Assembly (NCBI GenBank): GCA_964386715.1
Contig: CAYLTD010000002.1
Span: forward strand, 109,449-173,448
Direction: 5' to 3'
DNA length: 64,000 nt
Origin: an uncultured Bifidobacterium sp.
GTDB taxonomy: Bacteria > Acidobacteriota > Vicinamibacteria > Vicinamibacterales > CAVVIG01
Within the stretch, counting starts at the first letter, position 1. The number at the start of each line of letters is the position of its first letter. The position numbers and the translations under genes were made by a program. The notes beneath the pieces were generated by a model. It was given only the letters and a program-made list of their open reading frames with translations, made no database searches and was not told the origin of the DNA. Of this stretch, positions 9,456-18,099 are shown piece after piece.

Positions 9456-10850
9456 ATGAAGGCGATACCGATGGTCTGGCTCGCGGCGGCGCTGGTGGCG
9501 CTGGCGGGCAATGCGAGTCCGGCGGCCGCAGCTCCGGAGGTTCCCGGAGAAGTCACCTTCACCAAGGACATTGCGCCGATTCTGCAGCGCAGCTGCCAGA
9601 ACTGCCATCACGTCGACGGCGTCGCGCCAATGTCCCTCGTCACCTACGCCGAGGTCCGGCCGTGGGCGCGCGCCATCAAGACCCGCACGGGCATCGGCCC
9701 CAAGGCCGGCGTCATGCCGCCCTGGTACGTCGAGCGGACCGTCGGCATCCAGAAGTACAAGAACGACCCGTCCCTCAGCGAACCCGAGATCGCCAAGATC
9801 GCGAAGTGGGCCGACACCGGCGCCCGGGAAGGCAACCCCGCCGACCTGCCGCCCGCCCGCACGTTCGACGACGGGAACACCTGGGCCATCGGGCAGCCGG
9901 ACATCGTGGTCCGCAGCCAGAACATCGTGGTCAAGGGCAACGCTCCCGACTGGTGGGGCGAAATCCCCCCGATCGACCTGGGCCTCACGGAGGACCGGTA
10001 CGTCGCCGCGCTGCAGGTCCGCGAGGTCAATGACGTCCCGAGCGCGAAGGACACCGGCCGCGCGACGGTCGGCGGCCGCTATGTCGTCCACCACCTGATC
10101 TGGGCCACCGACAAGGGCGGCGGCGGCGGCACCAATACCCCGTGGCCGGTGCACGAAGTGGGACGCGGTGCGGACTTCTTCCCGCCCGAGGCGGGCCGCC
10201 TGCTCAAGGCGGGCGAGAGAATCGTCTCCGACTCGATTCACCTGCACTCGAATGGCCGCGACACGACGGCGCACCTCGAGATCGGCTTCAAGCTCCATCC
10301 CGTCGGATACAAGCCTACCGTCCGGCAGTCGCAGAGCCGCGGCCTCGGAAACGGGCTCGACATCTCGATCCGGCCGAATGAAGCCAACCAGCAGCTCCAC
10401 GCCTACACCGTGCTGCAGGAGAACACCAAGGTCACCTCGTTCGAGCCGCACCTCCACGCTCCCGGAGCCCGGATGTGCCTCGAGGCGATCTGGGGGATCA
10501 ACATCGAAACGCTGACCTGCGCCGGCTACGACCACAACTGGGTGCGGGGCTACGACTACGCGGACGACGCGGCGCCGCTCCTGCCGAAGGGCACCATCCT
10601 GCACATCGTCGGCTACATGGACAATTCGCCGTCGAACAAGAACGTGCCCGATCCGCGCAACTGGCAGGGCTCGGGCAACCGCTCCGTCGCCAACATGTTC
10701 ATCGACCTGGGTCAGGGCGTCGCCCTCACCGACGAGCAGTTCGAGCAGGAGATGATCAAGCGGCGGCAGTCCACGAAGGGCGACCGCGTACCGGGCTGCC
10801 CGCTCTGTAACACCGTCCAGGTGCCACGCAGCACCAACAACCAGCAGTAG
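9456..10850 (+). CDS. Secreted fusion of a mono-haem cytochrome c and a copper type II (PHM/DBH-like) monooxygenase domain
   Basis: SD GGAAGGGAG then ATG 9456; signal peptide; CQNCH at 9594-9608 and MPPW distal Met; VVHH, IHLH, FEPHLH and NMF in PHM ligand order; C-terminal CPLC. Confidence 0.72.
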   Translation: MKAIPMVWLAAALVALAGNASPAAAAPEVPGEVTFTKDIAPILQRSCQNCHHVDGVAPMSLVTYAEVRPWARAIKTRTGIGPKAGVMPPWYVERTVGIQKYKNDPSLSEPEIAKIAKWADTGAREGNPADLPPARTFDDGNTWAIGQPDIVVRSQNIVVKGNAPDWWGEIPPIDLGLTEDRYVAALQVREVNDVPSAKDTGRATVGGRYVVHHLIWATDKGGGGGTNTPWPVHEVGRGADFFPPEAGRLLKAGERIVSDSIHLHSNGRDTTAHLEIGFKLHPVGYKPTVRQSQSRGLGNGLDISIRPNEANQQLHAYTVLQENTKVTSFEPHLHAPGARMCLEAIWGINIETLTCAGYDHNWVRGYDYADDAAPLLPKGTILHIVGYMDNSPSNKNVPDPRNWQGSGNRSVANMFIDLGQGVALTDEQFEQEMIKRRQSTKGDRVPGCPLCNTVQVPRSTNNQQ

Positions 10851-10852
10851 CG

Positions 10853-11785
10853 ATGGGTGGTGCACCCGTGTTTCGACTACCGTTGCGAGCCGCCGCCGTT
10901 CTTGCCCTGTTCTGCGCAGCCATGTGGCTGCCGGCAGGGGATGCGCGCGCCCAGTCCTACGATCGCGGCCAGCAGGTCTGGCCCGCGTTCGAGGGATGGG
11001 AGAAGAACGAGGACGGCACCTTCAACCTCGTGTTCGGCTACATGAACGACAACTGGGAAGAGGAGCTGGATGTCCCGGTCGGGCCGGACAACAGCTTCTC
11101 GCCCGGGCCCGCAGACCAGGGGCAGCCAACGCACTTCCTGCCGCGGCGGAACCGGTTCATCTTCCGGGTGAAGGTGCCGAAGGATTTCGGCACCAAGGAA
11201 CTGGTCTGGACGCTCAAGACACAGGGTAAGGAGACGAAGGCCTTCGGGTCGCTGCGGCTCGACCTGCTGATCGAGAACGTGGACATCATGTCCGAGACGG
11301 GGGCGCTCGGCGCCGGTTCGAGCAACCCGGAACTGCGCGCCGACAAGGCGCCCGTGGTGAAGATCGAGGGGAGCCGGACGCTCACCGCCAAGGTAGGGCA
11401 GCCCCTGCAGTTGGCCGCGACCGTGACCGACGACGGAATCCCGCGGGTGCGGCCGATCCCGCCCGACCGCGCCAAGCAGGCGATGCGGATTCCACCGTAC
11501 CGGCCGACCGTCAACAAGAACCTTGGACTACATCTGAGCTGGTTCCAGTACCGCGGACCTGGAGTGGTTGAATTCGATCCGCCTCAGGTGAAGGTGTGGG
11601 AAGACACGCGGGTGGGAACCAACTCGCCGTGGGCGCCGGTGTGGGTGCCCCCGCCGCTGCCGTCCGACGGGCGGCATCAGGTGAAGGTCACCTTCAGCGA
11701 GCCTGGCACCTACGTGCTGCGGGCGCGGGCCGACGACGGGGCGCTGACGTCGGATGAGGATGTGACCGTGACCGTCACGCGCTGA
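10853..11785 (+). CDS. Secreted hypothetical protein with C-terminal Ig/PKD-like segment
   Basis: Starts 2 nt after the previous stop; signal peptide ending ARA-QS; ends FSEPGTYVLRARADDG...VTVTVTR. Confidence 0.8.
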   Translation: MGGAPVFRLPLRAAAVLALFCAAMWLPAGDARAQSYDRGQQVWPAFEGWEKNEDGTFNLVFGYMNDNWEEELDVPVGPDNSFSPGPADQGQPTHFLPRRNRFIFRVKVPKDFGTKELVWTLKTQGKETKAFGSLRLDLLIENVDIMSETGALGAGSSNPELRADKAPVVKIEGSRTLTAKVGQPLQLAATVTDDGIPRVRPIPPDRAKQAMRIPPYRPTVNKNLGLHLSWFQYRGPGVVEFDPPQVKVWEDTRVGTNSPWAPVWVPPPLPSDGRHQVKVTFSEPGTYVLRARADDGALTSDEDVTVTVTR

Positions 11786-11813
11786 CGCGTGACGCCGTCG
11801 CGCTACTGAAACG

Positions 11814-11849
11814 GACAGCACGAAGGCCCTGTCGGGTCTTCGTGCTGTC
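11814..11849. terminator. Strong hairpin (probable bidirectional terminator) between convergent genes
   Basis: GACAGCACGAAGGCCC-TGTC-GGGTCTTCGTGCTGTC: 16-bp stem with one G-U pair. Confidence 0.7.
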
Positions 11850-11860
11850 GAACGTTCGTC

Positions 11861-12205
11861 TTACCAGCGCGGCTCGGTGCGTCGGCCGCCACGGCCGCCA
11901 CCGTTCCCGCCGAACCCGCCACCGCGGTTGCCCCCGCCACCGAAGCCGCCCGACCGCTCCTGCGGACGCGCCTCGTTCACGGTCAGGGCGCGCCCACCGA
12001 ACTCACGACCATTCGTCGCGTCGATGGCGGCTTGCGCCTCCTCGTCCGAGCCCATCTCCACGAAGCCGAAGCCCCGTGCGCGGCCCGTGGCCATGTCGCG
12101 CATCACGCGAACCGATTCCACAGTCCCGGACTCGGCGAAGAGCGACTCGAGTTCGCCCTCTGTGGTGTTGTACGAAAGGTTACCGACGTAGAGTTTACGA
12201 CCCAT
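11861..12205 (-). CDS. RRM RNA-binding protein with Gly/Arg-rich tail
   Basis: RNP2 KLYVGNL, RNP1 RGFGFVEM, LTVNEARP, GGFGGGGNRGG tail; SD AGGAG. Confidence 0.95.
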   Translation of the reverse strand: MGRKLYVGNLSYNTTEGELESLFAESGTVESVRVMRDMATGRARGFGFVEMGSDEEAQAAIDATNGREFGGRALTVNEARPQERSGGFGGGGNRGGGFGGNGGGRGGRRTEPRW

Positions 12206-12374
12206 TGCTACGACTCCTGCGTTCCCGTGTCGGGAACGCTGCCCTCGGGGCGGTTGTCAGGAAACTTATCCAGAGCGTGAATCGCTCGACTAAACGGACA
12301 CGCAGGAGGGAGCGGGGAACGTAGCTCGTCCGGGTGCAGGTAAAGCGGGTGGCTCAGCTTCCTAAGTGCCCCTC

Positions 12375-12411
12375 AGTGTAGCACAGGAACCGTAAACACA
12401 CGTGCTACAAT
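12375..12411. promoter_or_regulatory. Back-to-back extended -10 promoters for the RRM gene (-) and the cold-shock gene (+)
   Basis: GTGCTACACT on the minus strand (12375-12384) and GTGCTACAAT on the plus strand (12402-12411). Both fit TGnTAnnnT and are 17 bp apart. Confidence 0.55.
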
Positions 12412-12476
12412 CGTTAGCGAGTCTTCCCGGCTCCACGCAGGTCAGCGAGGGGTGGCACGCGGCGGGAAGGCACCTC

Positions 12477-12773
12477 ATGAAAGGGCGTTCGATGCGGTCC
12501 TCCTCGTCTTCGCGCGGAGTGCCTCCCCGGCCGGTCTATTCGGGGAAGGAAACGACAGGCAAGGTCAAGAGCCTGACGCGCGGCCAGGGCTGCGGCATGA
12601 TCAGCGCCGCGGACGGCGACGTCTTCTTCCACAAAGCCGACTTCAAGGGCGAGTTCTTCGACCTCCAGGTTGGCGACAAGGTCGTGTTCGAGCTTCTGAA
12701 CGACACCATCAGCGGCAAGCGCGCGCAGAACGTGCGCGTGGCGCCGGCACGCACCAGGGCCAAGGCTCGCTAG
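12477..12773 (+). CDS. Cold-shock domain protein (atypical RNP1)
   Basis: GKVKSL..GQGCGMI, DVFFHKADF, LQVGDKVVFEL, RAQNVR; SD GGAAGG before ATG 12477. Confidence 0.85.
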   Translation: MKGRSMRSSSSSRGVPPRPVYSGKETTGKVKSLTRGQGCGMISAADGDVFFHKADFKGEFFDLQVGDKVVFELLNDTISGKRAQNVRVAPARTRAKAR

Positions 12774-12914
12774 CTCCAGCCCGGGCAGATTCCTCGACTC
12801 GGTCGTGTCCGCCGGCGTGGCTGTCCCGATGCCACGCCGCACGGCACCTCAACCGGGGTCCACGCCCCGCCTCGCCCAGGCCGCCCGCCCGCGGCGTTCA
12901 GCACGGCCTGCATG

Positions 12915-12950
12915 GGGCAGACCACCCAGTGACCAGGGCAGACCACCCAG
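12915..12950. repeat. Perfect 15-bp direct repeat with 21-bp period just upstream of the LLM gene
   Basis: GGGCAGACCACCCAG at 12915-12929 and 12936-12950. Confidence 0.85.
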
Positions 12951-12959
12951 CCATCGCAC

Positions 12960-13973
12960 ATGCCGCTCCAGCTCAGCGTCCTGGACCAATCGCCCATCTC
13001 GCAGGGCATGACCACCGGCGACGCGTTGCGCAACAGCATCGACCTGGCGCAGACCGCTGACCGGCTCGGCTACACCAGGTACTGGGTCGCCGAACATCAT
13101 GCGTCCCGGATGCTGGCGTGCGCGAGCCCGGAAGCGCTGATCGGCCCGATTGCCGCCGCCACCTCGCACATCCGCGTGGGCAGCGGCGGTGTGATGCTGC
13201 CGCACTACAGCCCGCTCAAGGTCGCCGAAACCTTCGGGATGCTCGCCGCCCTCTACCCGTCGCGCATCGACCTGGCTGTGGGCCGGGCTCCTGGCAGTGA
13301 TCCGCTGACCGCTTTTGCCCTGCAGCGGGATCGACGGCACGCCGCACCCGACGATTTCCCTGAACAGCTGGCAGAACTGCTCGCCTACACGCGCGACGGC
13401 CTGCCGGCCGGCCATCGGTTCGCACGCATCGCCGCCGTGCCTCCGCAAGCCGAGCGGCCCGAGCCCTGGCTGCTGGGCTCCTCTCCGCAGAGTGGCGTCT
13501 GGGCGGCCGAGATGGGGCTGCCCTATGCCTTTGCCGATTTCATCAGCCCGGGAGGCGCCGTCGTGGCCCAGCGGTACGCCGGCTCGTTCGTGCCCTCTCC
13601 GGCGCTCGACCGGCCGCGCATCGTCGTGGCCGCATGGGTACTGTGCGGGGAGACCGATGCCGAGGCCGAGCGTCTGGCCTCGAGTTCGCGGATGGCCTTT
13701 GCCCACTTCCTGAGCGGCAATCTGATCCAGGTACCGCCAGTAGACACCGCCCTCGCATTCCTCGAGCAGAATGCGCATTTGCGCGAAGGGATCACGCGCC
13801 GGCGGCGTGCCATCGTCGGTTCACCGTCGAACGTGCGCGAGAGGGTGGACGCCCTGGCCTCGGAATATGGCGCCACCGAAGTGATGATCGTGACCATCAC
13901 CTACGACCATGCCGCGCGCCGACGCTCGTATGAACTCCTGGCCGAGGCATTCGCACTCCAGCCGCCGAGCTGA
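12960..13973 (+). CDS. LLM-class flavin-dependent oxidoreductase (luciferase-like monooxygenase)
   Basis: LSVLDQSP, RYWVAEHH, IRVGSGGVMLPHYSPLKVAE, RIDLAVGRAPG, PWLLGSS. Confidence 0.93.
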   Translation: MPLQLSVLDQSPISQGMTTGDALRNSIDLAQTADRLGYTRYWVAEHHASRMLACASPEALIGPIAAATSHIRVGSGGVMLPHYSPLKVAETFGMLAALYPSRIDLAVGRAPGSDPLTAFALQRDRRHAAPDDFPEQLAELLAYTRDGLPAGHRFARIAAVPPQAERPEPWLLGSSPQSGVWAAEMGLPYAFADFISPGGAVVAQRYAGSFVPSPALDRPRIVVAAWVLCGETDAEAERLASSSRMAFAHFLSGNLIQVPPVDTALAFLEQNAHLREGITRRRRAIVGSPSNVRERVDALASEYGATEVMIVTITYDHAARRRSYELLAEAFALQPPS

Positions 13974-16136
13974 TCAGCCCGACGTCGACGGCCCGGCCTC
14001 GTGCTCGTCCTGCTCGTCCGAGGCCTGGCGATGGCTCCAGGTCATGAGCGCGTCCTGCGCGCTGAAGGGCGGCTCGCCCGAAGCAGGAACGATTTTCTGA
14101 TACTTGCCCTCGCGCAGCACGTACGCACGCTGGTTGTCGCGCAGGTAGGCCTCGAGAACCACATCCCGCACGTGCCGGACGAGCCCGGTGTCCCGAATGC
14201 GGCAGAGCGTCTCGACCCGTCGGTCCAGGTTGCGCTCCATGAGATCCGCGCTGCCGATGTACAGCTCCTCGTCACCTCCATTGCGAAACCAGAAGATGCG
14301 TGAGTGTTCGAGGAAGCGGCCAACGATGGAGCGCACGCGGATGTGGTCGCTGATGCCGGGGATGCCGGGACGCAGGACGCACATGCCCCGGACGATCAGG
14401 TCGATCTGGACACCCGCGCGTGATGCACTGTAAAGGGCGCGGATCACCGCAGTGTCGGTGAGCCCGTTCACCTTCATGACGATGTGGGCCGTCTCGCCGC
14501 GAGTGGCGTGGGCCATCTCACGCTCGATGCGCGACAACAGCTCACGGCGCACACCGTTGGGCGCGACGAGCAGTTGCCGGAAGTTCCTGCGGCGTGAGTA
14601 GCCGGTCAGCGCGTTGAAGACGTCCGACACGTCGTCCACGATCGCGGGATCGGCGGTGAACAGCCCGAGGTCCGTGTACACCTGTGCCGTGCTGCGGTTG
14701 TAGTTGCCGGTACCGATGTGCACGTAACGCTGGATCCCGTACGGCTCGCGCCGGACCACCAGGCACAGCTTGGCGTGGGTCTTCAGCGCTTCCACGCCGT
14801 AGACGACGTGCACACCCGCGTCCTCCAGGCGCGTCGCCCATGCGATGTTGTTGCGCTCGTCGAAGCGTGCCTTCAGTTCCACCAGCACGGCCACCTGCTT
14901 GCCGGCCTCTGCTGCTTCGATCAGCAGCTCGATGAGCGGCGAGTTCTCGCCGATCCGGTACAGCGTCATCTTGATGGCCAGCACGTGGGGGTCGGTGGCC
15001 GCGTCGCGCACGAACGACTCCACGGCCCCGAACGAGTCGAACGGATGGTGCACGAGGATGTCTTCGGTGCGGATGTCGTCGAAGACGACCGAGCCGCGCC
15101 CCTCGGTGGGCCAGGTGGTGTGCGGGACCAGGGGCGGGTACTTGAGGCCGGCGAGGGGCAGCTTGTACAGGGCCGCCCAGTCGCAGAACGCCAGGCGCTC
15201 CCGGGTGCGCATCACCACATCGTCGTCCACGTCCAGGTTCTCCACGAGGAGTTCGAGGAGGCGGCGCGGCATGGTGTCCTCGACGTGCAGCAGCGAGGGC
15301 GGTCCGTCGCGCAGTTCGCGCAGGCTGCGGTGCACCTCCTCCATCAGGTCCTCGCCTGCGTTGCGCACGTCGATGTCGCTGTCCCGCACGACGCGAAACA
15401 GGTGCGCGCTGACCACCTCGACGCCTGGAAAGAGGTCGCCCAGGTGGGTGCGCACGATGTCCTCGAGGAAGGCGAAGCGGTGCGGCGCCTGACCCGCGCG
15501 GCCTGGCAGCGGGACGAAGCGTGGCAGCAACGCCGGGATCTTGAGGCGCGCCACGCGCAACCGCCGGTTGTGACGCACCAGTACGGCGATGTTGGTGCTG
15601 CGGTTCGAGATCTGCGGGAAGGGGTGGCCCGGATCGATCGCGAGCGGGGTGAGCAGGGGATAGACGTCGGCGGCAAAGTACGAACTAAGGTACGTGCGAG
15701 CGGCCTCGTCGTAGTCGTCGGGCTCGACGAACTCCACGCCGACCTTGGCGAGTGCCGGGCGGAGTTCCTCGTTCCAGCACGTGGCCTGGTTCTTCAGCAG
15801 AACGGACAGGCGGCGCCTCACCGCGCTGAGCTGCTGACCCACGGTGAGCCCATCGGGCCCGGCGTGCTCCTGCCCGGCGCGCTGCCAGCGGCGCAGCGAG
15901 GCCAGGCGCACCATGCAGAATTCGTCAAGGTTGGAGCCCACGATGGCGAGGAACCTGACACGCTCGAGGAGAGGGTGCGATCGGTCCCATGCCTGATCGA
16001 GAACGCGTTGGTGGAAATCGAGGGCACTCAGCTCACGATTGCCGTAGAGCGCCGTGTCGTCGAGGTTGGGTACTGCGTCGCTGCCGGCGTCGTGTGCTGG
16101 GGTGGGCACTCGCAGGGTCTGCGTCCGTGTGGCCAT
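13974..16136 (-). CDS. ppk1: Polyphosphate kinase 1
   Basis: NRELSALDFHQRVL, SNLDEFCMVR, DPGHPFPQISN, HHPFDSF, IKMTLYR, ELKARFDERNNI, KTHAK, HIGTGNYN, GRFLEHSRI, SADLMERNLDRRVE. ATG 16136 chosen as start. Confidence 0.96.
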   Translation of the reverse strand: MATRTQTLRVPTPAHDAGSDAVPNLDDTALYGNRELSALDFHQRVLDQAWDRSHPLLERVRFLAIVGSNLDEFCMVRLASLRRWQRAGQEHAGPDGLTVGQQLSAVRRRLSVLLKNQATCWNEELRPALAKVGVEFVEPDDYDEAARTYLSSYFAADVYPLLTPLAIDPGHPFPQISNRSTNIAVLVRHNRRLRVARLKIPALLPRFVPLPGRAGQAPHRFAFLEDIVRTHLGDLFPGVEVVSAHLFRVVRDSDIDVRNAGEDLMEEVHRSLRELRDGPPSLLHVEDTMPRRLLELLVENLDVDDDVVMRTRERLAFCDWAALYKLPLAGLKYPPLVPHTTWPTEGRGSVVFDDIRTEDILVHHPFDSFGAVESFVRDAATDPHVLAIKMTLYRIGENSPLIELLIEAAEAGKQVAVLVELKARFDERNNIAWATRLEDAGVHVVYGVEALKTHAKLCLVVRREPYGIQRYVHIGTGNYNRSTAQVYTDLGLFTADPAIVDDVSDVFNALTGYSRRRNFRQLLVAPNGVRRELLSRIEREMAHATRGETAHIVMKVNGLTDTAVIRALYSASRAGVQIDLIVRGMCVLRPGIPGISDHIRVRSIVGRFLEHSRIFWFRNGGDEELYIGSADLMERNLDRRVETLCRIRDTGLVRHVRDVVLEAYLRDNQRAYVLREGKYQKIVPASGEPPFSAQDALMTWSHRQASDEQDEHEAGPSTSG

Positions 16137-16254
16137 ACCGCTGGGACTCCATACAGGATGCGTGCCGAGTGGCTGAGGTCCACCGACGCCGGTCGTGCGG
16201 CACGGCCGACGGCTGGACCGTTCGGGCGGACGGATCTTTGCAGCCACCCCGCCG

Positions 16255-18099
16255 ATGCAACCAGGCGACGGGGAAGCTTGCCAGACGGGCCGTGGGTACC
16301 CGCGCCCGCAACTGCAGCGTGAGCGCTGGCAATCGCTGAACGGCGAATGGGACGCCGCACTCGACCACGACGGGCGATGGGACGAACCGGACCACGTGCC
16401 CTGGGATCGGATCATCCTGGTGCCGTTCTCGCCCGAGGTGGAACGAAGCGGCATCGCCGAACCGGGCTTCTTTCAGGCGGTGTGGTACCGGCGTACGGTC
16501 CCGTGTCCCACCCTCGCTCCCGACGACCGCTGGATCCTGCACTTCGGGGCGGTGGACTATCGGGCCACCATCTGGGCCGACGGTCGTGTGCTGGGCACGC
16601 ACGACGGGGGCTATACCCCCTTTTCGATCGATCTGACCGCGGCAGTGCCCGCCGACGGCTCCGCGATCACGCTGGTGGTGCGCGCCGAGGACGACCCCCA
16701 CGACCTTGCAAAGCCCCGTGGCAAGCAGGACTGGCAGCTCGATCCGCACTCGATTTGGTACCCGCGCACGAGCGGCATCTGGCAGACGGTCTGGACCGAG
16801 GTTGTGCCCGCGACGCGCATCGCCTCGCTGCGATGGACGCCGAACCTGGAGCGCTGGGAGATCGGGCTCGAAGCCCTGATCCACGGCGACTCGCGGGAGC
16901 GCCTGCGGATGAGGGTGCACCTGCGTGCCGGCGACGCCCTCATTGCGGACGACACGGTCACCGTGATCGCCGGCGAGGTGCACCGGCGCATTGCCCTCTC
17001 GGATCCCGGCATCGACGACTACCGCAACGAACTCCTCTGGAGCCCTGAGAAGCCGACGCTGATCGAGGCCGAGATCGAGCTGTGGGGTGACCGCGGCGAG
17101 CGGCTCGATCGCGTCCGCAGCTACACGGCCATCCGCTCGGTGGCCGCACAGCGTGACCGGTTCATGCTGAACGGCCGACCATACCCGATGCGCATGGTGC
17201 TCGATCAGGGGTACTGGCCGGGAGCCGGGCTCACTGCGCCAGACGACGATGCGCTGCGACGCGACGTCGAACTGGCCAAGGCCATGGGCTTCAACGGCGT
17301 CCGCAAGCACCAGAAGATCGAGGATCCGCGCTACCTGTACTGGGCCGACAGGCTCGGTTTGCTCGTCTGGGCGGAAATGCCCAGTGCGTATCGCTTCACC
17401 AAGGTATCGGTGGAGCGCGTGACGCGCGAGTGGATGGACGCGATAGCGCGCGACTACAGCCATCCGTCGGTCATCGCGTGGGTGCCGTTCAACGAGTCGT
17501 GGGGGGTGCCCAATTTGCCCGACAGCGCGCGCGAGCGCCACTACGTGCAGGCGCTCTACCACCTCACGAAAACCCTCGATCCCACGAGGCCCGTCATCGG
17601 CAACGACGGGTGGGAGAGCGTGGCCACCGACATGATTGGCATCCACGACTACGACGACGACCCGGGAAGGATGGCGCGTCGATACCAGGCCGACGAGGTC
17701 CTGCCGCGGCTGTTCCGACGCGAGCGGCCCGGCGGGCGCCTGCTCGTGCTGCACGAACAGCCCGCCACCGATCAGCCGATCGTGCTGTCGGAGTTCGGGG
17801 GCATTGCCTATTCGCCCGACCCCGCCACGTGGGGCTACACGCGATGCCAGGCGCCGGACGAACTCGAGGAGCGTTACACCGCCCTGCTCGACGTGGTTCG
17901 GAGCCTGCCCGTCCTCTGCGGGTTCTGCTACACGCAGTTCAGCGATACCTACCAGGAGGCCAACGGGCTCCTGTACGCCGACCGGACGCCCAAGTTCCCG
18001 CTGGCGTCCATCGCGCGCGCGACCCGGGGCCTGCGCGAGAGCCGCACGCTGGTGGTGGACCCCATCGAGGCTGCGCGCGGCTCGGAGACCGAGCGGTGA
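16255..18099 (+). CDS. Glycoside hydrolase family 2 (beta-galactosidase/beta-glucuronidase-like)
   Basis: YPRPQL, LHFGAVDY, PRGKQ, GFNGVRKHQK, acid/base FNESWG, nucleophile SEFGG, FCYTQ. Start uncertain (16195 or 16255). Confidence 0.9.
   Translation: MQPGDGEACQTGRGYPRPQLQRERWQSLNGEWDAALDHDGRWDEPDHVPWDRIILVPFSPEVERSGIAEPGFFQAVWYRRTVPCPTLAPDDRWILHFGAVDYRATIWADGRVLGTHDGGYTPFSIDLTAAVPADGSAITLVVRAEDDPHDLAKPRGKQDWQLDPHSIWYPRTSGIWQTVWTEVVPATRIASLRWTPNLERWEIGLEALIHGDSRERLRMRVHLRAGDALIADDTVTVIAGEVHRRIALSDPGIDDYRNELLWSPEKPTLIEAEIELWGDRGERLDRVRSYTAIRSVAAQRDRFMLNGRPYPMRMVLDQGYWPGAGLTAPDDDALRRDVELAKAMGFNGVRKHQKIEDPRYLYWADRLGLLVWAEMPSAYRFTKVSVERVTREWMDAIARDYSHPSVIAWVPFNESWGVPNLPDSARERHYVQALYHLTKTLDPTRPVIGNDGWESVATDMIGIHDYDDDPGRMARRYQADEVLPRLFRRERPGGRLLVLHEQPATDQPIVLSEFGGIAYSPDPATWGYTRCQAPDELEERYTALLDVVRSLPVLCGFCYTQFSDTYQEANGLLYADRTPKFPLASIARATRGLRESRTLVVDPIEAARGSETER

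Noticed and set aside
11880-11960. GGC-rich low-complexity repeats at the 3' end of the RRM gene
   Set aside because: They encode the ordinary Gly-rich tail of bacterial RRM proteins.
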